Below are positions 1 through 8,515 of a DNA stretch of 45,476 bases, piece by piece. The DNA is from Oligoflexales bacterium (GTDB lineage: Bacteria > Bdellovibrionota_B > Oligoflexia > Oligoflexales > RGVZ01). Below the pieces are notes generated by a model that worked only from the letters and a program-made list of their open reading frames with translations, did not search any database and was not told the DNA's origin. Location of the stretch: contig JBIIGV010000008.1 in assembly GCA_044236265.1 (NCBI GenBank), forward strand, positions 1 to 45,476, given 5' to 3'. How positions within the stretch are numbered: the first letter of the stretch is position 1; each line of letters starts with the position of its first letter. The translations under genes and the position numbers were made by a program.

Positions 1-1
1 A

Positions 2-1753
2 TTTAATATGGCCGATATTCTCTTCGTTCAGAAAAAATACCGTGAGGCTGGGAAGTACTACTACGAAGTCGCAGCTCTTGGGAAAGACAAGGCAATTCAA
101 ATCATTCCGCCAAATAACAAGACAGTGAGTATTCACAGAGACTCTGCCCGTTATATGCTGGATAGTTATGGACTTGATTTTGAGGCGGAGTACAAGGTTC
201 TACTAAAGGTCAATCCTGACTTCAAAAAACCAGGACGTCCTCTTTCCCCAAGAGCGACAGCCTACGTTCAGGCCTGTAGTGAATATGGTAAGTGGTATCC
301 CGAGGATAAAAAGGCGTCGAGAGAATGTGATATTTATGTAACAGCGATTTACTATCGTAACGGTGATAAGGAGCGATCCAAAAAGCTCCTCTTCAACGTT
401 GCTCAGAAGTATTCAAGCGAAAAAATTGGCCCAGAAGCTGTTGAATGGCTCATACCTCTCTACGGTAGTGATACAAAATCTTTGGTTCAAGTTGCCGAGT
501 CACTTCTTAAAATTCCCGCATATCAAAAAGGAAAATTGGGCGAAAAACTGCGGGGTCTGAAGCGTGGTGCTGAGATAGACGAGATCAAAAAAATCGGTGA
601 CATCGCTAAACGTGCGAAGGCCTATGAAGATCAAGCAAAGAAAAATCCAAAGGCCGACGACGCTGATAAGCTGATGTATAACGCCGGCGTCGATTACATC
701 AAGGCTGGAATGGTGGGAGCTGGCATCGCCGCTTATACATTTGTTGTGAAAAATTATCCGAAGTCTGAGGGTTATCAGGAGGCTCTTCTCCAGATTGCAA
801 AACTATCAGACAAGCGTCTTGAGTACGGCGTGGCATCCGGATATTACCTTGCTTATGCAAATCGATACCCGAAGGACAAGAACTCGCTACCGGCCATCGG
901 TCGGGCCTGTGAGTTGCAGGTCGCCATGTCAGACGAGAAGGCGTTTTCCACTTGTATGAATCTTGCAAAGCTGGATGCTGAAGGTGCCAAGATTTTTATC
1001 GATCGTATGGTTCGCGAAGCTGAGTATTCAAAGAACTATGCCAAAATGCAGCAGTTGATTGGCCAGGGTTATCTTAAGTTTAATTTGACGCCGGAAGAGC
1101 GAATTATCGCATTCCATCGGATTTATAACGCTGCTAATGGCAAAGGTGCAGCCGCCCAGCAGGCAGCAAGGGAGATGCTTGCATCATACCGGAAGGCGGG
1201 AGGAAAGGTTGGCGCAGAGTCTAGTCGCTATGTAGGGGAGTTGGTATTTAGCGGCAAAAATGTCGTCATGCCAAAGTTTGCGAGTACAAAGCTCGTTGGT
1301 GGAACTCTCGATAATCTCGTCAAATCAATTCAGAGAAAAGCAGGTATGATTCCTGAGATTGATAAGGCTTACAACGAGGTCTTGGCAACTAAAGATGCTT
1401 ATTGGGGTGTAGCTGCTCTGTATCAATTAGGATTTGCCCGAGAGTTGTTAGCTGTTGACCTTGAAAATCCGCCATCAATTGAAGGCGCAACTCTCGAAGC
1501 TGTCAAAGCCGAGCTGGCTCCGCAGGCCCAAGCTCAAAGAGCTGAAGCGAAAAAGTTCTATCAGTTTGCGATTGAGTCGATTCAGAAATTCTCCGTTTAC
1601 AATGAATGGGGCGGCAAAGCTGTTTCAGGATTGGCTCGGATTAGTGGACAAAAACTCAGCTTTGAGGATGTTGCCCTAATGCCAGACTTTATTGGCAGTG
1701 ATGTTTCGGCTCCACTGGTACAAGCTGTTCAGAGCGGAAAGGGCGGTAACTGA
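2..1753 (+). CDS. Large TPR-repeat protein, 5'-truncated by window edge; GltD/AgmU-like gliding-motility component
   Basis: Frame is open to the window edge (TTT AAT ATG). Repeated TPR-like helices (ADKLMYNAGVDY, EALLQIAKL, AALYQLGFARE). Directly upstream of a TPR lipoprotein and an FHA/TonB-C protein, the order of myxobacterial gltD-E-(F)-G. Confidence 0.7.
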   Translation, partial: FNMADILFVQKKYREAGKYYYEVAALGKDKAIQIIPPNNKTVSIHRDSARYMLDSYGLDFEAEYKVLLKVNPDFKKPGRPLSPRATAYVQACSEYGKWYPEDKKASRECDIYVTAIYYRNGDKERSKKLLFNVAQKYSSEKIGPEAVEWLIPLYGSDTKSLVQVAESLLKIPAYQKGKLGEKLRGLKRGAEIDEIKKIGDIAKRAKAYEDQAKKNPKADDADKLMYNAGVDYIKAGMVGAGIAAYTFVVKNYPKSEGYQEALLQIAKLSDKRLEYGVASGYYLAYANRYPKDKNSLPAIGRACELQVAMSDEKAFSTCMNLAKLDAEGAKIFIDRMVREAEYSKNYAKMQQLIGQGYLKFNLTPEERIIAFHRIYNAANGKGAAAQQAAREMLASYRKAGGKVGAESSRYVGELVFSGKNVVMPKFASTKLVGGTLDNLVKSIQRKAGMIPEIDKAYNEVLATKDAYWGVAALYQLGFARELLAVDLENPPSIEGATLEAVKAELAPQAQAQRAEAKKFYQFAIESIQKFSVYNEWGGKAVSGLARISGQKLSFEDVALMPDFIGSDVSAPLVQAVQSGKGGN

Positions 1754-2895
1754 TGCATATGAAATTAAATGTAATTTCAACTGTACGGATTTCAACTTTC
1801 GCAATTATCGCGGCCGAAATGCTTTGGTCTTGTGCTGATAACAAGCCCGCAAAGAAAACCAGTGAGCCAGTCGCCGCAAGTGGATCCGAGGCTCGTGAGG
1901 ACTCAGGTGTAACCTCACTTTCTGGTGAGCGTCGCTTTTTGACAACGAGTCTTAGCAACAATGGTTTTACATCCAAGTCGATTGATAGAGGTCGTGCCGC
2001 GGATTTTGCTGCCCAACATGGTAATGGTAAGTCTAAAGATATCAATTCACTTGCAGCAGCGATTGCTGCCAATCGCCTGGCCGGTCGCGGTGTAAATGAT
2101 GTGATGTCGGAAGCTCGACAAATCGCAGAACTTGAGATGTCGAAAAATGTCGATCGTGATCTACCGGAGCTCGTTCAGCTCGAGCTGGGCCTCGTCGGAG
2201 TGCAAAGTGGTCGATTGGCTTTCGCAGAATTTTGGCTTGATAAACTACTAAAATCTAAAAATGCGACCATTCGCGCGTCGGCAATCAATGCCAAGGGTGT
2301 GGTGGCCATTCGGATGGAGCGTATTCCTGATGCTATGGTACTTTTCAAGGAAGCTCTTGCGGTGAATAGTGAGTACAAGCCCGCTCTTTTGAATATCGGA
2401 TTTCTAGCACTTCAGGGCGGCGACGTGGTTACAGCAAAAAAAGCTTTGGGAGGAATGCAGGACGACTGGTACGTGATGTCTGGTCTAATCTCTGTGCTTC
2501 GTCTTGAAGGAGACGTTGATAAGGCGGATGCTATTTGTGAGAGGATTCTAGCCCAACATCCAAAGCACAAGCCGACATTGATTAACTGCGGCATCAATTC
2601 ATTGCAGGGGCGTAAGGACTACAAAAAAGCTCGAGATTATTTGAACCGGGCGCTCTCTGTTGCCGGCGGCGTCTCTATCTGGGATGAAAAAGCAGGCAAG
2701 CTTTTGGGCGCCATTGACTCTGAAGAGGCGAGAGCTGCGCAGCTTAGGTCTTTGAAAGAAGCTGAGGAGCGCAAAGCCAAGGAGCAAGCGGACAAGGCGA
2801 AAGCAGCTCCCGCTCAGGGCCAGCCAGCTAAGGATGCAGGCGGAGCAGAAGCGGAAAAATCGGGCTCTGGTCAGGAGCCAACAAAGAAACCCTAG
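1753..2895 (+). CDS. TPR lipoprotein, GltE/AglT-like
   Basis: TGATG overlap with upstream gene; lipobox-like MLWSC; TPR motifs (AINAKGVVAI...ALLNIGFLAL, TLINCGINSL); charged low-complexity tail. Confidence 0.7.
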   Translation: MHMKLNVISTVRISTFAIIAAEMLWSCADNKPAKKTSEPVAASGSEAREDSGVTSLSGERRFLTTSLSNNGFTSKSIDRGRAADFAAQHGNGKSKDINSLAAAIAANRLAGRGVNDVMSEARQIAELEMSKNVDRDLPELVQLELGLVGVQSGRLAFAEFWLDKLLKSKNATIRASAINAKGVVAIRMERIPDAMVLFKEALAVNSEYKPALLNIGFLALQGGDVVTAKKALGGMQDDWYVMSGLISVLRLEGDVDKADAICERILAQHPKHKPTLINCGINSLQGRKDYKKARDYLNRALSVAGGVSIWDEKAGKLLGAIDSEEARAAQLRSLKEAEERKAKEQADKAKAAPAQGQPAKDAGGAEAEKSGSGQEPTKKP

Positions 2896-3036
2896 TACAT
2901 TAAATGACTGATCTTTGGTGTAAGTGATAAGTTGTGGGATAATATAAGAAAGTTTGAAATCGGTCTTGGTTTTGGCATGAATAGAGCAATTATTTTGTGG
3001 ATAGTTGCCGCGAATTCGGGTGGATAAAGGTTTCTT

Positions 3037-5262
3037 ATGGCATTTGAGTTGCGATTCCAGATTCCTGGACAGTTACTTCGCACAGTTCCCGTTGATCAGA
3101 CTCGGATGATGATGGGAACTTTGCCGTCAAACCATGTGGTTTTGAGGGCTCCGGGAGTTGATCCCATCCACGCTTTGATCGAAGAGGTCGACGCGGGTCA
3201 GTGGATCGTGACTGATGTCGGCAGTGAAACAGGCGTGAAAGTTAATGGGGTGCTGATCGATGTCGAGGCGTCGATCAAAACCGGAGATATTATAACCATT
3301 GGTAGTGTCAATGTTGAGTTTGCAGAGCAAGCTCAATTTGTTCCACCACCACCCGCAGCTGGAGCGGCAGTTGTGCAAGCCCTGGCTGGAGCCGCTGCTC
3401 CCAAGGTAAAGTCACTAGCTGATACTGTTCGTTTACCAGATGCAAAAGTGCCTGCCCGAACATCTTCTGATGGTTTACCATCTGCGGCAGGATCAACTGT
3501 TCTGCAATCTTCACCTCAGCAGGGCGAAGAAAGACGCACACAAAAACAAGTTCTTTTTTCCCCACGAGATGCTCGGCCCACCGGAGATATTTTGGAGGTT
3601 GTAGCCTACTGGGGTGATTCGGTTTTAAATGTGGATCTATTTCATCCACAGTGGAAGGGGTTTGATCACGTATCCATTGGTGTGACGCCAATCGCTCATT
3701 TCATTGCTGGCGGAGAGAATCATAATCATAAGCACACGCTGGCACGATTTAGTAGCAGTGGCGGCTATAAGCTGAAGCTCGTTGAGGGCATGGACACTCG
3801 CATTCGTCGTGGCGGTAAAGTTGAAAAAATTGACGGTGCTGGCAGCGTTGCTCTTGATCGTCGTGATATTGCACACATCAAGTTCGGCGCAGTACGATAT
3901 TTCCTTCTGTTTGTTCGACCACCTGAGTTTGATGTTCGTCGCAGTGGGCCAAGAGATCCACTGTTAATGTGGATGTCTTTGTTGGCACTTTTATTTTATC
4001 TGGTAGCCGGCACGAAGCTTTGGTTCACGACGCCGTCGAAGGATAAACCTGAAGAGGCAGAGATTTTCCAGATTGTTGAGGCACCTCAGGAACAGAAGAA
4101 ACCGGAGCCAAAACCAAAGGAACCAGAACCCAAGAAGCCAGAGGTGAAGGTTGAGGAGAAGAAGGAGCCACCCAAAACTCCTAAGCCACCTCCACCACCC
4201 AAGCCAAAACCAGTGAAGCCTGCAAAGGCCGTTGAGGTTGAAAAGCCTCAGCAGACAAAGCCAGTTGAGAAACCTGTTGAGAAGCCTCAGCAGACACAGA
4301 ATCTGACGCCGCAGAAACCGACTCCGCCAGCTCCTACGCCGCAGAAGCCAACGGACGGCAAGCCAGGTGACCCTGGCAAGAAAGATTTGTCGAGTCTGAG
4401 CAAGGCGACTGCAGGTATGGAGTCTACGGGAGCTAAAAAGCCAGACTTTAAATACGCAGGCGAGAAAAACAACAAACCTCTCGGCGCAGCAGGTGGTCCG
4501 AAGGGTGCTGGTAATAATCAAACTGGCGGTGCCATCAAGGGCAACAAAAATTATAGTGTCCAGGGTGTTGAGGGAGTGAATAATGAAAAGCCCTCAGGCG
4601 TGAACCTGTCGCAACTCGGCCTCGGCGTCGGTAAAGTTTTAAGTAAGACCGGACCTGGCGCGATCCAAACCAACTTCCAAAGCTCCGCAGGCGGAGCCGG
4701 TGGTGGTGCGGGCTCTGGCTCCAAAACTTATGGTATGGGTGGAGCTGGAAGTGGCAAGTCCTTGGGACTCGCTGGAGCAGGTGGTGCAGCTAACAACTTT
4801 GGCTCTGGATCCGGAGGTAGCGGATCTGGTCAGGGCGGCTCTGGAGGCTTCGGTGGTTCAGGTGGTGGTCCTGGATTTGGATCGGGCAGCGGCAACGGTA
4901 AAGGCGGTGCCGGCGGGCATGGCCGCGCCAACGTGACAATCCCTCCCGGAGATCCCTCGGTATCTGGTGGTTTGACGGCACAAGAGATTATGGCCGTGAT
5001 TCGCGCTCACTTAAATGAGATACGTCACTGTTACGAGCAGCTTCTCCAGAGATCACCGAGTTCAAACGGTAAGATTTCGGTTTCCTTTGTCGTTGGATTG
5101 TCAGGATCAGTGACGTCTGTTTCAGTTGCTGAAGCGACTCTAAACGATTCTGTGATGCGCGGGTGTGTGACTGGGCGCATTCGCCAATGGGACTTCCCAA
5201 AACCCCGTGGTGGTCAGCCGGTTACAGTCAATTATCCTTTCGTGTTTAACCCGATCAATTAG
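3037..5262 (+). CDS. FHA-domain / single-TM / TonB-C-like (AgmX/PglI C-terminal) protein, GltG-like
   Basis: N-terminal FHA-like motifs (MGT..NHVVL..VDPIHA..DVGSETGVKVNG), TM LLMWMSLLALLFYLVAG, Pro/Lys-rich then Gly-rich linker, C-terminal IRHCYE...GKISVSFVVG..GSV...CV..RIRQWDFPKPRGG.VTVNYPFVF. Confidence 0.85.
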   Translation: MAFELRFQIPGQLLRTVPVDQTRMMMGTLPSNHVVLRAPGVDPIHALIEEVDAGQWIVTDVGSETGVKVNGVLIDVEASIKTGDIITIGSVNVEFAEQAQFVPPPPAAGAAVVQALAGAAAPKVKSLADTVRLPDAKVPARTSSDGLPSAAGSTVLQSSPQQGEERRTQKQVLFSPRDARPTGDILEVVAYWGDSVLNVDLFHPQWKGFDHVSIGVTPIAHFIAGGENHNHKHTLARFSSSGGYKLKLVEGMDTRIRRGGKVEKIDGAGSVALDRRDIAHIKFGAVRYFLLFVRPPEFDVRRSGPRDPLLMWMSLLALLFYLVAGTKLWFTTPSKDKPEEAEIFQIVEAPQEQKKPEPKPKEPEPKKPEVKVEEKKEPPKTPKPPPPPKPKPVKPAKAVEVEKPQQTKPVEKPVEKPQQTQNLTPQKPTPPAPTPQKPTDGKPGDPGKKDLSSLSKATAGMESTGAKKPDFKYAGEKNNKPLGAAGGPKGAGNNQTGGAIKGNKNYSVQGVEGVNNEKPSGVNLSQLGLGVGKVLSKTGPGAIQTNFQSSAGGAGGGAGSGSKTYGMGGAGSGKSLGLAGAGGAANNFGSGSGGSGSGQGGSGGFGGSGGGPGFGSGSGNGKGGAGGHGRANVTIPPGDPSVSGGLTAQEIMAVIRAHLNEIRHCYEQLLQRSPSSNGKISVSFVVGLSGSVTSVSVAEATLNDSVMRGCVTGRIRQWDFPKPRGGQPVTVNYPFVFNPIN

Positions 5263-5270
5263 TAAAGACG

Positions 5271-5305
5271 AGGCCCCTACACTGTGGTAGGGGCTTTGTT
5301 TTTTG
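5271..5305 (+). terminator. Rho-independent terminator after gliding cluster
   Basis: GCCCCTAC/GTAGGGGC stem, 6-nt loop, followed by TTTGTTTTTTG. Confidence 0.85.
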
Positions 5306-5354
5306 TATTCGGAAGCAGTTGAAACTGCGACTTAATTAGTCAGCGCATGCTCGT

Positions 5355-5407
5355 AAAAGACGCATTCCTCTGAATTTCTTGCGTCTTTTTATCTTGTTCA
5401 GTAACCT
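5355..5407 (+). promoter_or_regulatory. Possible sigma70 promoter for surE overlapped by a 10-bp inverted repeat
   Basis: TTGCGT(5379)-17 bp-TAACCT(5402); AAAAGACGCA (5355-5364) / TGCGTCTTTT (5380-5389) perfect inverted repeat. Confidence 0.35.
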
Positions 5408-5439
5408 AGACCCTTTGCCACGACTTAGCGGGGGTACAG

Positions 5440-6228
5440 GTGCCAAGCAGGCCTTTATTTTTGATCACAAACGACGACGGTGTGCATGCACCTGGCGTGC
5501 GTATGCTGGCAAATGCGGTTAAAGACCTCGGAGACGTTATTATTGTGGCGCCCCATGTCGAACGATCTGCTTCAAGCCATGCAATTTCGATTCACCTGCC
5601 CTTGAGACTTGAGCAAGTCGAGCCAAATATCTACGCGGTTGAAGGGACTCCGGCTGACTGTGTCATGTTAGCCATTCGCAAGCTGCTTCGGAGGAAGCCC
5701 AACTGGGTATTGAGTGGCATCAATCGAGGTGCTAACCTAGGTGTAGACACAATCTATTCAGGGACAGTTGCGGCGGCTATGGAGGGAACTCTCCATAACA
5801 TACCGTCCATTGCCGTCTCTACGTTTGGAAAGGCCCGAGAGCATCTACACTACGAGTCCGCAGCCAAGGTGGTCCGTATGCTTCTTGAGCAGCCTGATGT
5901 GTTGGGTGAGGTGACGCGGTCCGCGTTGGTGAACCTAAATGTCCCCAATCTTCCATTTGAGAAGCTCAAGGGCATTTCGGTGACGTCGATGGGACGCAGA
6001 ATTTATGAAGATGAGATGCAGGAAGGAACTGATCCCAGGGGTAGGGCTTATTACTGGATCGGTGCAGGTGGAGAGATGTTTGAAGACATCCCCAAGTCGG
6101 ACTGCGTGATGATAGATCAAGGGTTCGTGACGGCATCGGTCCTCCGACCCAGTTTTTTGGATGAGCAGGGTAATGCCCTGCTTGAGGCGAAACTAGCGGG
6201 AGTATTTGATCACACGTTTTCGCGTTGA
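5440..6228 (+). CDS. surE: 5'/3'-nucleotidase SurE
   Basis: ITNDDG, GTPADCV, SGINRGANLG, YSGTVAAAMEG, DPRGR.YYW motifs. Confidence 0.95.
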   Translation: MPSRPLFLITNDDGVHAPGVRMLANAVKDLGDVIIVAPHVERSASSHAISIHLPLRLEQVEPNIYAVEGTPADCVMLAIRKLLRRKPNWVLSGINRGANLGVDTIYSGTVAAAMEGTLHNIPSIAVSTFGKAREHLHYESAAKVVRMLLEQPDVLGEVTRSALVNLNVPNLPFEKLKGISVTSMGRRIYEDEMQEGTDPRGRAYYWIGAGGEMFEDIPKSDCVMIDQGFVTASVLRPSFLDEQGNALLEAKLAGVFDHTFSR

Positions 6229-6269
6229 TTGATTTCTCCAGCTCCTGACCAAAAGAAGGGAGACCCCAC

Positions 6270-7130
6270 ATGAAGCTCGTTTTGGTGGCACTATCGGCGT
6301 TGGTTCTGGTATTTGGATGCGCCACATCCCAAGGGCAAGATCAGCTTGCAAGAGTTATTGTTCAGAAAGACGATACTCTTCGCTCACTTGCTACCGCTTA
6401 TGACACGGACTGGCGCGTCATCGTGGCCATGAATCGAGAGCAGGTTTCCAAGGGGTTGCAGGAGGGACAGGAGCTCCTGATTAAACCAGGACCAAAGGCG
6501 ACGGTCCCCTACCAGTTGGGCGATTCAGACCTACACGCAGCGGATGATCAAGGTTCAGATGAAGAGATGGACTTTCTTGCCAAAAGGAAGAAAGGCTTGC
6601 TTGACGCGCCCCGCTCCGCGGAGCCAAGTCACTTGATATTTCCTGTCGAGGGTCGAATCTCAAGCAAATTTGGTAAGCGCGGACGTAAGCATCACAAAGG
6701 GATTGATCTTGTTGCCAACAAAGGTACGCCGATCGTTGCGTCCGGAGATGGTGAGGTCATTTTTTCTGGACGGCAGCGAGGCTATGGATTGACCGTCGTG
6801 GTGGACCATGGGCAGTTCATGACGCTATATGCACATGCAAGTAAGTTGATTGCGCGCAACGGTGACAGAGTTCGTCAGGGTGACTATATCGCGAAGGTCG
6901 GGCGAACCGGAAATGCGCGAGGTGTTCACCTGCACTTTGAATTACGAGACAGCGAAAACAAACCAATCGATCCACTTCCATACTTAAGACATCGTCCAAT
7001 AGCGGACAATAAGGTTACAAGGGCTTCGCAAAAAGCTGTGGTTTGGCAGAAAAAGTCTTCAAGTCAGCCCAGAGCCAAAGCGGCCAAGGTTCGACGGGGC
7101 AAAAAAGGTCTTCTTTACGCGAAGGACTGA
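6270..7130 (+). CDS. LysM + M23 metallopeptidase lipoprotein (NlpD-like)
   Basis: Lipobox VFGC; LysM (VQKDDTLRSLA...N...GQELLI); M23 motifs HKGID, YAH, HLHFE. Confidence 0.9.
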   Translation: MKLVLVALSALVLVFGCATSQGQDQLARVIVQKDDTLRSLATAYDTDWRVIVAMNREQVSKGLQEGQELLIKPGPKATVPYQLGDSDLHAADDQGSDEEMDFLAKRKKGLLDAPRSAEPSHLIFPVEGRISSKFGKRGRKHHKGIDLVANKGTPIVASGDGEVIFSGRQRGYGLTVVVDHGQFMTLYAHASKLIARNGDRVRQGDYIAKVGRTGNARGVHLHFELRDSENKPIDPLPYLRHRPIADNKVTRASQKAVVWQKKSSSQPRAKAAKVRRGKKGLLYAKD

Positions 7131-7235
7131 ACCTACGGAAATGATTCATTTCGTAGTCATTCCTCGGGGATAATTGTTTAATTTTTACCCATATTTACTT
7201 CTGTGCGCGCGCTTTTGCTTGACAGGCGCAGCTAG

Positions 7236-7727
7236 GTGGGGTTTGTTCCGACTCAACCAAAAACTCACTTCATGACAATTGGACATTTAATGTTTTCTGA
7301 GCGCTCCATTTCTAACCGAATCCGCCACCTAAAAGCCGTCAAAGCATCTGGGCAAGGTGGGTCTAAAGATGAGTCTCCCGCCGGGGAAATAATTGTTGTC
7401 GGTCTTGGAGATCGTATGGTGATTTCCGAGCAAGCAGAGGTCTGGACCGTTCGCGGCGTCTTGCGTGACGGACAAGTTTTACAGGATCCTGTTGGGGAAA
7501 TTTCGTTCACGATGATTCCCGGACAATTTCAGCCGTCCACGGCTGTTATCGGTTACATAGCGCCACATGCGCCAAATATTTTGGGAATCTCTGAGGAAAC
7601 CCTCTGGCCGCAACTAAGAGCTATGATTGCCCAGCTTGGTTACGATTTGGATGGCTTTTACGTGTCGATGTCTGTCAACGGAAAGCCATTTTACCGTCGC
7701 GAATTAGTGGAAACCAAGGGGCGATGA
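7236..7727 (+). CDS. Hypothetical protein (true start possibly a downstream ATG)
   Basis: 163-codon ORF filling the gap between the M23 gene and apaG; no recognisable motif. Confidence 0.55.
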   Translation: MGFVPTQPKTHFMTIGHLMFSERSISNRIRHLKAVKASGQGGSKDESPAGEIIVVGLGDRMVISEQAEVWTVRGVLRDGQVLQDPVGEISFTMIPGQFQPSTAVIGYIAPHAPNILGISEETLWPQLRAMIAQLGYDLDGFYVSMSVNGKPFYRRELVETKGR

Positions 7728-7779
7728 GCCCATCAGAATTTTAAATAAAAATTTAGATTTGATAGCACCTGTTAGAAAA

Positions 7780-8151
7780 TCAGTGGCGCACGCTCACTGT
7801 GCGCAAGAAAAATAGCGGGATGCGTGATTTGAATTGTTTTCCTGATGTGGAACTAAAATAGTACCAACCCCGCATATTCCCTGTGGGGGTTCTCAATGGG
7901 CATCCACTTTCGTAGGTAAAGCTATCACCCGGCTCGATCCAGGGCTGTTCACCAATGACACCATCACCCTCAACCTCTTCAACATAACCTGTACCATCAG
8001 TGATCAGCCAATGGCGTCTGAGTAGTTGGACCGGCTCCGTGCCAAAGTTACTAATCGTGACCCGGTAACCAAAAGCATAAAAATTTTGATCAGCATTTGA
8101 TCTCTCGGGAAGAAATTCCGGGACAACTGAGACATCAATGTTATTTGACAT
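7780..8151 (-). CDS. apaG: ApaG protein
   Basis: FGYRVTISN..VQLLRRHWLITDG..EEVEGDGVIGEQP.I.PG..F.YESG..L.TP.G.M.G; start moved to ATG at 8151, giving a typical ~123-aa length. Confidence 0.92.
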   Translation of the reverse strand: MSNNIDVSVVPEFLPERSNADQNFYAFGYRVTISNFGTEPVQLLRRHWLITDGTGYVEEVEGDGVIGEQPWIEPGDSFTYESGCPLRTPTGNMRGWYYFSSTSGKQFKSRIPLFFLRTVSVRH

Positions 8152-8515
8152 CACGCGCCAGGCGTACAGTCCATTGCGCTGAGATAATCCTGTTGTCTGA
8201 CCTATCACTAGTAAAACTCCGGAGTGCTCGTTAGGAAAATTTACTTGAGCCCGCCAATCTTTTGCCAAAATTTGCGTATTTGTGTCGAGTCATATTGCTG
8301 TTTCTATTGTAACATATTGTAATTATTAGATTTAATAAATTTCCGCGGTTGGCAATTCAGCGCCAACTCAGGACTATGCAGGGATTTTCGCCGCCAATGG
8401 TGTGTTCATGAGGTTTTTCTGTCTTCTAGAATCAATGATTGTAATTTCAAAATGGAAGGCATGAAGATTTTAAAGCTGACGTGATACAATATGGAAGATC
8501 ATTCAGTTTACTATC

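Noticed and set aside
4100..4930. Short DNA repeats (e.g. GTTGAGAAACCT/GTTGAGAAGCCT, CCGCAGAA, GGC-rich runs)
   Set aside because: They encode the Pro/Lys and Gly-rich protein linker in frame; there is no repeat-spacer structure, so not CRISPR or a VNTR element.
5440..7130. surE-nlpD-like pair as a remnant of the surE-pcm-nlpD-rpoS locus
   Set aside because: A common conserved arrangement; the absence of pcm/rpoS is unremarkable outside Gammaproteobacteria.
8152..8268. 39-aa N-terminal extension of ApaG in the ORF track
   Set aside because: A TTG-start artefact; ATG at 8151 gives normal ApaG length.
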